Notes: generated from the letters alone by a model not told the origin. A stretch of 54,023 bases of DNA, filler included, from Basidiobolus ranarum (GCA_040143965.1; 2 parts of 2 records of this genome joined end to end with filler, not necessarily neighbours in it), one strand, 5' to 3'. Positions 13,721-28,355 are shown, counted from the first letter of the whole stretch. Translations and numbers: made by a program.

Positions 13721-15778
13721 GATACGGAGGCATGGTTTATCAAAATTGAGATAAACGTGAGAGAATGACTAGGTAGTAACTAACTGTTCAAGGTACAAAA
13801 CTGAGCAACCAAGTGGTTATCATTGATGAAAGCATGGTTAAATGAAATCACACCTGAGGTTCTGACCTCTGAGAACAGCATTGAGGCAACTACTACAACA
13901 CTGAGCTTTTACGATTGAAACAAATGTCCGAACCTTTGTTGTCACCCGATTAGATGAAACCTTATTCGTATATGCTTTTAGGTATGATATAGAATGGTTA
14001 CACACAATAAGTCTACTGAAATGAGTGAAGTCATATTAAGGGTGAGAAGAGTACCAGGTATCGGGTATCGGGTATTGAGTAAATCTGTACAAACCACCTG
14101 TGGTATGAGAGTGGACATCTTCTCAAGATGAATCCAAGCATGCATCTTACGTAGAGACATTGGATATAGTTGGATGATTGCCCATGAATTGAATATTGCT
14201 TGATAAGTACTGATTAGATGAGTAGCAAGATGCTTCGATCCATCAGCTCCCAACGTTTTCTTGAAAATCAGACACAAACCCGTAGTAATCTATAGAAATT
14301 CTATAACCAATGGTTCGACCAACCCCGACTGAAGGCAATCTAATACTCCTGTTGGTTTAGGGGCTGAAAGGGTAATGTTAGTTAGAACGCACTACTGAAT
14401 GTTTCATATATTACTTCGATCTTCAGACCATGGTACAGGTTATTGATATACAGATACTTTTAGGTTGAAACCTGGCTAGATGTCGGCTGCATACTGGTTA
14501 ATCTCAATTGCTCAAACCTCAATCTCATCCTAAATACCAATCTTGTGATTAACGTCGATTTGAGATGATTCCTGTTTGGCCCTGGCGGGGTCTGAGGAGT
14601 CCAAATATGGTCCCCTTGAAGACCATACAGATGGTGCTTCAATTCGCTATGGATTCAGAGATCCATTGGAAGAGACATTGAACGGCGAAGAAACTTTGAA
14701 TGGCTTTCCTGTCTGATATCAGTGATTTGTGTAAATTAGACTCTACAATGTTTTACATTCATTCAGTGGCGCATGAATTGGATGTTCGAATTTAATCCAG
14801 GGATGGCTAAAAGAGGAATATAGCGATTTGCTTCAGGATAGGAGGGTGTCATCTCCGTTCCATATATGGTGGAGTTACTTCATTTCTATTGTTTGGCTAT
14901 TCCAAATTCTAAATATCGATGTACATTTCATTAGCCTTTGTTACCTGGTTTATCCAATTAAATGAAATCAAATCTAATCAATTTCTCGGAATTGGCATTG
15001 CTGATGGTAATCTGGATCATCATCATTTAGCCGTGTGAGATCTGAGTAGTGATAAAGAGTGAGATCAGACTAAACCCTAATTTCAAATTAGGATATTGAG
15101 GTGGCATACATCCGATGGAATATTCTTTTAAGATTTTCTATGAAATCGCGTTGGTACCTTGAAATCCTTGTGGTGAGAAGATCCACTTTGCTGCCAAAGC
15201 AATCGACTTCTCTATAGTGTGTATCTAGACTCTTGTTCAGCGAATGCCAATGGTTATTGGCTTCATCGTATGGAAGTGTATAATCAATGGCTGGTAATGT
15301 CTGATTATCTATGGGTTGTTTAATGATGTCCTTGTGTAGAAATCAAGCCAAAATTAAGTGAAGCTACATGTATATGGATTGCAAAAGAAATATAAATAAA
15401 AATGTCAAAAATTTTCGGAGGGGGGTATGACAAGTGATAAATAACTAATTTCACAGGGGAATATATAGGACATGGAAATTAGAATTAAATCGGTGCTTTG
15501 CAACACGGAAGGGATGGTTTGTATAGAAAATCAATTTCAAAAGAGGATTCAAAAGGATGTTCGATGGATCTCGTAACAGGCAAGATTCCTGAGAAATGGA
15601 CATTCATTAAAGTATGTATATATAATATGTGGAACAGTAGAGGTTCCTATATCTCGCGCTCCCGGGAAATATTGCTTCGTGGCCTTGTCACCAAATAAAT
15701 AAGAGCGAATACTAAATTTTTACTATGCTTGATTCCTCTACGTGGTGGTGAATTTTAGGCTGTGACAAAGTCGGGTTT

Positions 15779-17772
15779 TCATTTGACTGTAGAGGCGTTC
15801 GCTGCGAAAGGCATGTCAGATGATTCCAGTGAGGATATCGGACTCATGGACAGACATTGGTAGCTGTCTTCTCTGTCCATTTTATCCGTCATCTCTAATT
15901 GGATGGGAGCCACTCCATTCGACTGAAGTTGTTCTCGTAACATATCAATGTATTTATCACGCTCTTGCACCTGGCTTTCTAAAGTGAGAATATGGTCATA
16001 TGCTAAGAAACAATAAAAACTTAGTACTTTGTGATAAATGGTTTAGACGAAAAATGATCACTAACATTTCTTGAGCAAATAGGCTTTGCTTGGCGCCTTT
16101 TCCTCAATCTCGGGTATTACACTCCTGAGATTTTCAAAGCATTGCTTCAGTGAGTCACGGCGCTTTTGCTCAGCTGCTTTGTGACTAGTGCGACGTAGCT
16201 CGATACCTGAATGTATATCTGTATTGTACTTCAATCCAAGGGAACTATGGGATTCGTGGGCAGGTTAGTCATATAAAACTCCCAAAAACATATTTATATA
16301 CTTGTTGCTTACGTAGTATTCCCTTCAAGGATGTTTTGATAATTCGATTTAGTAGCCAGCTTCATAGCAACATCATTGGTTCCACCTAGTAACATCAAGT
16401 AAATATCAAGAGAACAATAAAAACCCGATGCACGGTTAGGGCTACTTACCGCCAGGAAGAAGTGGTTTGAGATTAGGACTAATCATTGGCTTAAGAGACG
16501 GTGATTTGAACGTACTTGAAAGAGCGGGTGAAGTCGGTGTGGCACATATAGTAGGTGACATCATAAGAGAGGGGCATAACGAAGGTGAAGTAAACGGATG
16601 TAGCACAGGTGAAGCTTTCGACATGGCAAATGATGCTTTTCGCGTGATCTTGTTCCCACCTAATTTCATCAAGGAGGCCGGTGTGATGGGTGAAACCACA
16701 GATTCATCGTTGGATTTTTCAGTTTCTGCAAATTGTATGTCAACTGCTATTCTTAATTCAAAAACAAGGAAATAAAAGTCAAGTACCTATAGACCCTGAA
16801 TGAAGGGTTGTCGACGTGCTCAAAGAGGATGGGGTGGCAGAAAAACGACGTTCCGGGTAAGGACGCTTTCTCTGAGATACCGCTCGGGATACAGTAGTTT
16901 TTACCTTGCTGCTAGTTTTCGAAGGAATCAATTTTTCTGAAACTCGCACATCTTCATTAGCACTTAACAACGATTTCGAACGTGATGGAGGCGCTTGGAT
17001 CATGGATTGCATAAGTGATCCACCTAGGCTTAAGTTTGGGATACTATTAAAGCTACGAGGAAATTTGGCTTGGTTAGGCCCAAGCGCTGGAGAAGTAAGC
17101 GGTGAAAAAACCTCTGATACCAGTGAAGCAGAGAGAGAGTTTGAATATGGATGGGAGGGTGTCATAGCGGGAGAGACTAGTGGAGTGAATAACATCTAAT
17201 AATGTAAAATATCACATTTTAGTAAGCCTCAAGTAATCTTAGGGTTAGTCGAATCATAGTACCTCGTCTTCGTCTAAGCCTTCATCCACCACTGCTCCAG
17301 TATGGTCGAAAAAGGCAAACGGAGACATGAACGCACAGTCATTGCTTCCCATAAGTTGACCGGAGCTACTGGGAGTTGGTAGTTGTTGTTGGTGATTTCG
17401 TTGAGTTGAGGCGAAATGAGGACTTGGCATGACATTAGCGTTCAAAGAGGTAGAGAAAGCCAAAGAAGTAGCTTGATATTGTTGGTCATGTTGGTATCCT
17501 TCAGGGTCTATAAAGCTCTGGGCAGGCTGCGTTGGTGAATGCTGGTGTTGGGGATATTGAAAGGGATCGTTAATTTGTTGGGTGTTGGGAGTTTCTGGTT
17601 GAAGGAAGTGAGTGGGTTTGTCTATGCTGTGGTTATAATGATTTTGCAGTAAATGAGTTTGCTGTTGATTATGAGATAGTAAATTCAAGTCGGTATTATC
17701 GAGACTAAACTCATTTATGAGGTTGAGATCAAACTCCGAAAAATCATACGATGCCTGCAAAGAAGGATCCAT
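15779..17772 (-). CDS. bHLH transcription factor, Pho4/NUC-1/PalcA-like (about 6 exons)
   Basis: Spliced exons give FTPLVSPAMTP, FSPLTSPAL, SPITPASLMKL, ISPNLKPLLPGG, LATKSNYQNILEG and the bHLH RRTSHKAAEQKRRDSLKQCFENLRSVIP...SKAYLLKK. These blocks are typical of filamentous-fungal NUC-1/PalcA. Confidence 0.85.
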
Positions 17773-20700
17773 GACTTCGCGCTTCTCTAGTCTGAGTACC
17801 GCTTGAGTAATATAGAATTGTGAAGAATGAAAAATAAAGGAGCTTTGGAGACTTGAAATATCTCTTTAACTAATTTTCTGCTATTGGTGAGCGGAGCTCA
17901 TGGTCAATCTGAAGCTCTTCATTGGTTCCTCGGATCATTGAGTGAATGATAAGAAGTTATCTATTATCGAAATCTGAATAGAGACTGATTTCTTATTGAT
18001 CATAAAGGATTTGTATTATTGAAGAGCTTATCTCGGGTAGAATTGATGTACAGGGTAAAAGCTTATAGGTGCAATCAACAGATATGTAACAAATATCAAC
18101 TCTAAAAGGCTAGAAATTATTCTGACCTTAATACTTAACCAGTTAGTTGCATCATTCTACAGGGTAACACCAGCCAAGATCCAGAATTCTACTTCAGGGC
18201 GGACTTGGTAAAAGCAACCGTAGTACGATTGAATCAAGTAGTGTAAGAAATAAGGATTTGTTAATAGCGATGAAGTATCTGTGTAATGATAATGACTTAT
18301 TTGTGCAAAGCATGAATGCCTCATCTGAGAGTCGACTCACCCTTATCACCTCTAATGAAGCTGTTGAAATGCAAACTGCAAACACAAACAATATTGGACA
18401 ACAGTGCAAGCAACGCACGCCTTCCACGTTGGTATCCCTCCACGGAGACATCAAGCTTGGGCCATCTGTGCCGACATTGATATATAGACTAGATAGGGAA
18501 GAGCTCAGCAAAACCATCTCCTTGAGCCTTTGCTGTGCGAAGTACTCCAATGCAAAACAGGGTTTTGTGGATTGTTATTCCTTGTAGCATGTCACTATCG
18601 GTGCATGATTAAAATCCTGTAGATCATTGGCCAGCAATGACCACTTTGTACTCACTTTTCATTCTTGGCTCTCATAAATCGGCACCAAGTCTCTTTTGGT
18701 AGGTGGATAGGGTATATGGTTTGTCACTAGGAGACTAAGTGCTCTATTACGCGGAAAAACCATCGATTTTAGGGAGATTCGAGGTCTCATGTTAGATACA
18801 GCAAAATCTATGGCGAATGGAAAGCTGGTGTAGCATGTTACATAGATATATATATTACCACCAGTAATCAACCCGATTTTAATCGCCATTCACTCAGCTC
18901 TAAATGTCAAGCGTTAGGGTGGCGCCTAAATATTGATCCTTCCTGAGCTTGAAAATAATCACAAATTGTAAATAACTTAGCCTTTTGTGGTAATCTAGAT
19001 GTATTCCATGCTAAAATGCCCCGCCCTATCCGTACAGGTATCCTCAAGGATCCTACCGCTAAAGGGCAAATTCTGTATCTCTACTTGTAGCTCTATCATT
19101 TGTTGGCGGATGAACTAACCTGTTTCCCAACTTACCATAAAGCGGCAGGCGTAACAACAGAGCAAGAAATAACCAAGGTGTTCACCCAGAGTTAGCTTGG
19201 TAAAACAGAGGTGATACGTATTTGGTAAAGAGAGTCTAAAAGGTGAATATTAGATCATCTCATCATCAGATTATTGGATTGCCTTTGGGACAGAGAACAT
19301 GCCCAGACTGACTCGTGCAGGGATATACCGAAATACCTAGCCTCAAATCTACTAGCTAGAAAGTATCTCAAGATACTATAGCGGGGTTCAATCTCTTTTG
19401 GGTACGTCTATCCCGGGCCAAGAACCTACTTGCGCCCAGCATCGGTACTTCTTGCTTGGGAGCCGATCTAGGACAATATTTCTATTTCATGGTCAAAAAA
19501 GGTCCCTGATTTCCCACGAACTATTCATACTATCTTCATCAAAATACCACCGGAGGTAATAATGGCCAAACTAGCTCATACACACATGTGAATTCATAGC
19601 ATGTCTCTAGCTCTGGACCAGCTATTGATAACTTATATCCTAGCTATGTTACCTCTCACTCAATTTAGGTCATGTATCTCAAGAAACCCCAACCGACTTT
19701 GGATGGGCCATCAATGGCAAATCCGATAATATTCACGTTGTAGCAACTCTTCCTTGATGATTTCAGATGATCCTTTCCGAAATCACAAGTACATGATGAA
19801 GCCACGAAAATTTCATATGACTCGGGATTCTTTGACCAAAGCAACTGAGATCAAGCTTAGTTTTAACTCCATCTGATCACTCCAAGGGTCCGAAGAGTAC
19901 CAACAGCGAAGTACAAACACGCTATTAGCAGCAGGATGCTGATATTGATCTGCGAGAGCGACTATGGCTGTTCTTGATGCTGAGGAACCAGAGAGCATTC
20001 GCTTGCAGCAATAAGCAAATGTCTATGCACTTGATACTGATGTTGAATCGACTCATCACGATCTGACATGATTTTATCGGTAGCTAGTTCCGATGATTTC
20101 CATCGAGTATTGCCATTTCACTCCCCACAATATTTCGTCACAGCTTGTTGGATGTCCAATAAGCATGCAGTATTGGGCATGTGAAGAAATTGCCTATTGT
20201 CAGGATTTGGATTCACCCAAACCCATGTTTTCCATCATGCCTAAAAAACAAATATCCCAATCTGCTGAGCCAACTGCGCTCAGCCATGCAGCACGTGTGG
20301 GAACTTCCTAAGATGTATGGCGAACATTTGACGGTGATTCCTTTTCTAAATTGGAGATAGTCATTTGTCACACAATTCAAGCCATTGCTTGCACAAGAAA
20401 AAGTATTATTTTTGGCATTGCGACATGTTCGACACCCAAGACGGATTTGATTTGCAATGTAGGCCCTTTGTGTACGGATGAGATGAGTTCATGGTTGTAA
20501 AACGTACCACCAGAATCCACATTGGGATATTTTATAGATTAGGCTGGTTCTTTATAATCTTACCCTAGAGTGCAGTTATATACTGATCCTGCTCTACTTG
20601 GACAAAAGACTCTCCCTCGAGCATATGAATATCACCTTCAAGCCCTTTTTACGCTTATAACCGGCGTTGGTACCTACTCACTTCACCAAAGCTATGTGAG

Positions 20701-22532
20701 ATTTCCATGTTATTACATACCCATAATCAACGCTGAGTTATGCAGTGTTCGTTGCAAGCTGGAGTGAGTGATTTTTCTAATTGGAATACTTGATCAGCCT
20801 TTACTTGATAATCATCCACCCAAATTGACTATAGCTTCAGGTATCTGTATATGACGTTCGATTGTAACTGCATACTCATACTTCTCCAAAATGCTGTTTC
20901 TGAATTCAAGCTCAAATCCCCAAATTCAGAGATGACTTGGTCAGATTGATCCGTAACTGTTACTATTCAGAGCTCTCGAAGTAGCCAATCACCAGTCTTC
21001 ATTCTCCAAAGAGATACATGATTTAGTCAGTGCTAATCTAACATATATATATAACTGCAGTCATACTATCTAAGGCCAATCAGTATTAGCCAATGAGATT
21101 TAGAAATATATATATCAATGCTTTAGTAATCTTCCGGATGCTTTTAAATGAGAACCCCATTAGGTAAAATAGGAGGCAGCGACCAATGCTTCTCTCAAAT
21201 AGGCTTGATTACTCTAATAGTATGTTTACACCTCTTTTCTGACCAAGATGAATTACAACAATAGTAATATGGTGACTACGCTGTGCATTCACCTGCATCT
21301 CTATCTATACAATTTCAAGCTTGTAATTATCTCATTTATTTAATAACTTACATTCAACTCCTTTCACTGATGTATAAGATATAGTCGATATGAAAAATGC
21401 GAGGTGTCAGTATGTACGATTATGTATATTTATCTCCATCAATAATTCATTTTTCAATTCTTGCACCAGATACTCGCTTGATATCCTTTTGCTATAGCCA
21501 AATACATGTTTATTGCTGTTGCAGTAGCATAACATGCCATCTCCAATGTCCCGACTCAATCTCATCTCTCCAAAAGGAGGGAGTAGGTTAATTCATTAAT
21601 TGTATTAGGTAGGTATAACAGCAAGCTGCCATGCTATAAAGTTTTACAATGGTCCACAGAGCATCAGGAATATAAGCAATTACAGTGAAATATAATGTAG
21701 TGGCTTTATTGCACATGTGCACCATGTGGGAGACACAGGCATTTGTAAGTCAATGAAGCTTGCATCGTGCAATCAACTTGGAGGTCTTCTGAAATGTAAC
21801 ATCTAAATTTCAGCTTCTCTCATGTGAGAAGTAGTGGCTACCCCATGAATTCATATTGTTATTGGCATCAGCTCACTACCCCTGGTTTGATTACAAATAT
21901 TCTGACTAATCTCATGGTGTTGTCCATTTAGAAGTGGCTCTGAAAAGGAATATCTTGATTCTCTGTCGCATCCACATAGTATGTCGTATTTACACATTGG
22001 ATGCCGCAAATCATATGGCCAATTTTTCCCCCATATATACTGATAACTGTTCTAGAGAATGAAGGTGAGATATTGGCATTTTCTTGATACTTTGGAGTGG
22101 CATACTCCCTATTTGAGTTGAGAGAAGCGGGAAGCGATATACACGAATCATATGTTCGTAATTCCTAGTGGTGGGGCTCTCCTTTGGTATATACGCTAAG
22201 TTCACTAGTCTTTTCCATATCTCTAGAGCAGATCATTGTCTTTGGGTCAGTATCATGTATCATGCGCATCAACAATAGGTAGAAGACAATAATGCATAGT
22301 GTCCCTGTTTCACAAGTAAGATACTACCAGTATATATGTCATTTCATATCGCCACTGCATGTATTCTGCTTTGAAGAATTATATCGGTTACTACAAACAA
22401 TTCGAACTCTCTTCACATCGTATAATACATTATTATAGTCTTGAAAAATTTATTCATGCTGAAATTGAAGAGAATATATACAATGATAATGGTTGCTACA
22501 GGTTAAACAATAATTTCCACTAGGAACTAATA

Positions 22533-25503
22533 CTAGTTAACATGAGAATATTGACGATAGAGTAAAGAAGGAGCTGTCCACATTGATACGCTGATGTTTC
22601 CACTAACATTGTTAATTGCAGAGCCTTCAGTAGTAGCTGGCTGCCCAGCTTTTTCTAAAGCGTAGATCTCTCTATCAGCAATCCCAAGTGTATCCTTAGG
22701 AAGCCATACTACTGGAACAGGTTCACGTAAAGCAGGATGCAAGAATGCAGAGTCAGGTCCCTGGTTGTAAACAGGAGGTAATGCTGTATTATGTTTGGAT
22801 TTGCGACGACTACAGTTCAACGTCGAGCAAGTTGAGTTTCGAGGGGTAGTGTTGTCACCATTGTTGTATTGAATATGATAATCGTTCTTCTCTGATTCTA
22901 AATGTTTGTCCAATTTGTGCATCTGAATCATCGAGGAATTGGATTCTGTTCCCATACTACTGATGGTCTCAGCGTAGCCCTCTTCACATGCTTGATTCTC
23001 CATTAGCCCTATAAGAGTAGGGTCTTCCACAATATTGATAGGCAAGAATTTGATCAATGGCCCAAATCCGCGCAAACCATACAGATTTGCTGCAAACGTA
23101 AGAACGAGCAATATTATTTGCATAATCAGTTGAGCGTAGGCACCTTTAGCAGAAACCAACCCAGCCATTGTCAAATGATAGATATACAATCCAACAAACA
23201 TGTGGTATATGGCTTTTGGGAATAGTAAGCCTCCTGACTGAAATTTGCTAAAATCATATACATACTGGAACTGATGGTGATATACAAAATAGAAGATCAG
23301 AAAGTATGTAGTGACAAAAATCAGTAGCAGCGGAGCAATAGTAGAGTATACAATTCCTGTCATGGAATAAACAATATATATATAAATGTCTGTATATCGC
23401 CAATAAAAGACTCACAACTATGTCTTAGTCACTAACCGATGACAAACACTAAGGTGTGTTGTGGAAAGAATGTGCCCCACTGGATACATGGCATCGCTTT
23501 CAAACGGGTCAATCTGCGTGGGGTTTTAGGTAACAGTGAAGTTGTTACAAATCTCAATAAGAAGGGCACAGCTTGTAAAAGCTCTTTAGCACCTCCGGAC
23601 AGTCCATTCAAAACCACATAGGTAATAAAAAATGTGGATGCTGTAGGCAAACTCGTTGCCAGAAGATCGATCACCGCACCTGGGTTATTGGTCAATTCAT
23701 GCAATACATTGAATACACCTCCCACAAATGTGGTTACGAGCAGAACATTCACAATCTAAATACGCTTAAATCAGTACTGCTGCAATCAATTGATATGAAA
23801 TAACATATATATACCAAAAAGAAAAAGTACTTGGTCATCACCGATATTTGAATATCGCTGTCGCGCACTAATCCTTCGTATCGAGAAAGTACTAATGTCC
23901 AAGTTAGTATCAGTAACTGACTCTCTGATTTCACATGGCGAAATGCTTACATGCAAGAATATGAGGCAACAGATTCATCAAAATTGACATTCCTAGGGAT
24001 GGCAAAACACCTTGAATGATACCAATAATGGCAGAGTTCCAGTTCTCCATTCCTTTCAGAGGAGGAATAAGTACTGCCAGCTTCTGAATGTTGAATAAGG
24101 CAGTAACAAAAGTGGCTGCACGATATTTCTTTGGTTAGTTTGTAGTATATCTGTGAAGGTAGGCAATATCCTTACCAGGAATAAACCAGAGAACAATCAA
24201 CCCAGCTCCCAAACCAATGGCGACGGTCTTACGAATGTATCTTTCGAGCGAGAACATGTTAAGATTCTCCCAGATCACTTCTTTAGGGTTGACTTCGAGA
24301 TACCTGCCTTCCATAACTAATGGCTTATTATGTGCCAAGGACTGTACAGCTAAATGAGCGGATATTTGTGAACGGAAGGTGATGAACGCTGAAGCTTTAC
24401 GTGGGAATTTAGAAGGATCTTTTTGTTGCTCCAGTATTTGTGCATTTAATCGTGCCAACTCTTGTTTGTAGTAATCGATGGAGTCAATCTTAGGCCCTCT
24501 GAATGGAATCCAACTTTGGCGATGTGTCGGTCGTTTGGGGGTTTTTGTAGGATCCTTCAAAGAAGCCATAATGAAATTAGATTCTGCTAGTTCAAGTTTT
24601 TCTAATACATTCTTTCGTTTCTTGACGTCTTTATGAAGTTTGCTTGCATTCCTAAAGTAACCAAAGTTAACTCCAGCTTTCACTCACGTTCAATCAGTGT
24701 TACAGTGCTTACTTGTTGATGTAAATATGTTGGATACCTCCAGGGTATAGAGAAAATACTTTCTTTAATTTCTCAGGATCGTTCAGCCTGTCAGGAATTC
24801 CCGTAATCAGAATTGTAGAAGATATTGGGTTGCTTTGATGCTCAGGGCTCAATAAATACTGCTGGCGAAGTTTGATATATTCACTGGTCTCTCTGTACAT
24901 AAAATATAATACAAGCCCTAAATAAAACGGTACATGTTAGTACTGACTTCAGGTTAGGCACCTAATTTGCAAAATAAAATACCAGTGAAAGTATAGTCAA
25001 GTATAACGTGAGCCCAAAAACTCGAAGGCTTAGTGATGTTACTGATACTGAAGTAATTAAGACCTTTACTCCTGTCCTTGTTCATAGTATTTACAGGTAG
25101 AAGTATGACCAAAGAGATAGCACTCATGATAGAGAATATGAAAAGACACATCCGTACAAACCGAAGAAAGACGTATGCATCCAAACCTATTCTTTTAAGC
25201 AGTACTTTGTCCGGAGTTTTGTATACGTCTATTATCCATGATATAGGACTCTTCCCAAGCTTTGGGGGACGTTTCCTTTAATGCAGCCCGAGTGTAAGAG
25301 GAAAGATAATAGATAAGAATCATGCAACAATGAACAACTTACTCCTCTTCGATCATAAAGGTTCTTGGCTCATATATACTATCGTCGAGATGTCGTACAA
25401 CAATATAGGCTACATAGAGTCCTCCCGCTATGCCCAAGTTAAACAACAAAGAAGACACAAACGAAGCAACTGAATCGTTATTAGTTGCATCAGTAGCTTC
25501 CAT
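22533..25503 (-). CDS. OSCA/TMEM63/CSC1 family channel (PHM7/RSN1-like), multi-exon
   Basis: ATG at 25503 (MEATDATNNDSVASFVSSLLFN...IYEPRTF); GLDAYVFLRF, TILITGIP, SAFITFRSQ, PKEVIWENL, LPTASTFFITYV, YSTIAPL and SGGLLFPKAI. TAG at 22533-22535. Confidence 0.93.
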
Positions 25504-26864
25504 TTAGTATTCTATAGGGAGTCAAAGCAAAGCTTCGGTATATCGTTCTAGAGTCGGTACTATTATATACTTTCTCAAAACATCATCTTGAAAGTCTATT
25601 AAATAGGTTGCTTATTATTCTATTTTTGAGAATACACGGAGTACATGACGATGATGATCTGCCATTAACGTTACATCAGGAACTCTCCAAGGAGATATAG
25701 TGGCAATGTGACCAATGGAAGAAATATAATATCCAAATCCAAATAATATTTACTATCACCAATTTACACCTCAGCTGAAATAGGCAAATATGGCGTTATG
25801 TTGACGTCGTGTTTGACACTATTCATTGACTACTTCAGATCAATTTTCATAATTAATCGGCGTTTTTAGAAATCAACTACTAATCTACGTCACAATGTTC
25901 CATCAGATATACTATGTATAGAGCAGAGTGATTTCCTCACAAATACTGTTTTTATATAGATCTCTCTTTGGACGCATCGGCAGACAACAAAATGAGGGTT
26001 GGTGAAGAGAAGATATTCCCCAGAAGTGTATCCGTAATTGGATTTAAAATAGCTGAGAAATTGGTCAAGTTCTCAATCCGAATGTTGATGCGCTCATGTT
26101 TCTGGTACTGTTCATCAGTGACAAAGTGCGGTCATTGTATATCCTCTAGTAGTGACACAATAGAGTGTGTATTTCTAGTGGAGAAAACTTACTGATATTA
26201 TGTTAACTCCATATAAAAGTACACACAATAGATCAAGTGAGATGCGTATAGTAAGGAGTGAGAGAAATGCTCTGCAATGCATACAATATATCTATGATAA
26301 ATAAAATCGTTGTAAATCACGTTTTGCAGTTGGAACGCTATTGTAAAATACAATTAGATACAAATGCCTATAGAGTAATAGTGAAGCCGTTATCCAACCG
26401 GAGAAGGATACCAATATAAAAGGCAAAATTTCAGTGACTCTGTGTAGCAGGGAGTATCACTGTACATGTGATATCTTGATGCTTGTCACAGTTTCAGATG
26501 CTAACCAAGTATCAATTGTAGGCCCACTTAGGAGTGCTTCAATACCAAGCATGTCCTGATTGTAGAGTGTATTGATGCTGCCGATGTTTATGTATTGAAT
26601 ATTACTCCACACGGATTGTAGAATATGCTGCATATTAAAGTGGGAAGGTTATTATTTAATGGTATCAGAACATATCTTCTGTTATGAATTCTTTATAATA
26701 CTATTATTGACATCAGCATCAAAATATGCGAGCTTTTGAAGTTAGTGGCTGCTACTTTCTTACAAGAAAACATCTTAGTATTTAGCATTGGAATTCATTG
26801 GTACGGAAAACTGCATATGTGTACCTATGGGTTAGGTTTTAGTAAGTTTGTTGGGCATCATTCA

Positions 26865-26974
26865 TGTTGAAATTAGCATTGCCTAAACACCTATATAGTC
26901 ATATATAGCTTAGTACTTAGTTATCTTATAATTCACTAAGATATTATCAATTATTCTCATAAGGAATTTACTTA
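26865..26974 (+). mobile_element. Solo-LTR-like repeat truncated by assembly gap
   Basis: TGTTGAAATTAGCATTGCCTAAACACC..., nearly identical to the start of 13021-13350; runs into Ns. Confidence 0.85.
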
Positions 26975-27074
26975 NNNNNNNNNNNNNNNNNNNNNNNNNN
27001 NNNNNNNNNNNNNNNNNNTTAATTAATTAANNNNNNNNNNNNNNNNNNNNNNNNNNNNNNNNNNNNNNNNNNNN
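26975..27074. other. Assembly gap with artificial linker (N-run, TTAATTAATTAA, N-run)
   Basis: About 44 N + TTAATTAATTAA (27019-27030; stops in all six frames) + about 44 N. Confidence 0.95.
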
Positions 27075-28355
27075 GTTCATTTGCTCTGAATAACGTGCGC
27101 ACAGCTAACTCGGTTATATACTTCTACAAAGCTATTCCTTCACTCACCACTGCGGACATCCCAATAAATACATTATCCCTATATTCCAAGCCTAGTTATT
27201 TAGCACTTCCAGAATACCAAGTCGAGCTGCTCAGCAAACCTACTCTCAATAGCCATAATGCATATCTTTACTATTGATAAGGCTAATATTAGTCCAGATC
27301 TGCTCGGCCAATTCCACCTGTTTGGATAACCTCAAGATCCAAAACTTGACTATATATTTGATTTAAAATAGTGCAAGATAATTTATCACATTTCTCTCTG
27401 ACACAACAATCCTCATCCTACAAACTAGGAGATCAGATACACAACTGGTAGATATACATTATTTCCACTTTGCATAGGGGCTAAAAGTATTTTTCTAACT
27501 CCGAGAAAAGAGGTCTCCCTTGAGTTGGAGTTCTTAACAGCGGTAACAAGTTTAACTCGTTAAGTGAAAAGATTAAAGTGTACCGAGTTAATGAAGTTTA
27601 TCTGCGTAATTGTTTTGTACTCACCTATTTCATAACATATAGGATCAGGACTGGGACTAGAATTATGACCACGTGGAAGTTCAAGAATGCAATTATGATG
27701 CTTGGATGACGAGGCACTTACACTTAAAGAGCATACCTTGAAATACAGTCGTATGGCCATGTGATGCGATGTTCTTCTAGAGAAATGACATTTGCTCATC
27801 AACGCTTATTCAATTGCTTTATTTGAGGAAGTCCAGCTGCTGCCGAACTCTACTGTTGCAACTATACTATTGTCAGTAATCAACGAGGTTTTGCTTTCTC
27901 ATCATGTAATGTGATATAAATGAGTTTTTAATACTAGTAACTTCCCCAATCCTAACGCAATGAATTGATATAAACATGACCAAGTGTAGTAGTTACCCTG
28001 GCCAGATATAATTTGAAGGGTAATTCTGGCCCTTCGAGAATCACAGGCAAGGTTATATCAGCCAGCGGACATGTCGGGTAAACTACCAATACTAACAGCC
28101 GGTCGTCTTGGCAATGAGGGGATATTTTTCTGGGTGATCGGCATACTGCTAAGGTATGCACCCTGTATTACCACTTTTTCCCAGTCTGTCTGATGATGCT
28201 TTGAAAAATGGTGTAATGAACGTCCTAGAATAATGACAGCATATCCTCTAATATAGTAGTAATAGAGCGACACTTGATTGGCTCCTCTCTATTCCGACTC
28301 TATTATTTAACCTCACCAGTTCGCTCAATCGCCACATTCATAAGTTATTTTTGGT

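Noticed and set aside
19350..19402. B-box-like GGTTCAATC
   Set aside because: No cloverleaf can be built; not a tRNA.
18194..20767. Several 60-118 aa ORFs upstream of the bHLH gene
   Set aside because: No recognisable motifs or consistent splice structure; cannot be supported without a homology search.
27019..27030. Perfect palindrome TTAATTAATTAA
   Set aside because: Centred in an N-gap; an artificial six-frame-stop contig linker. Contiguity across it is not guaranteed.
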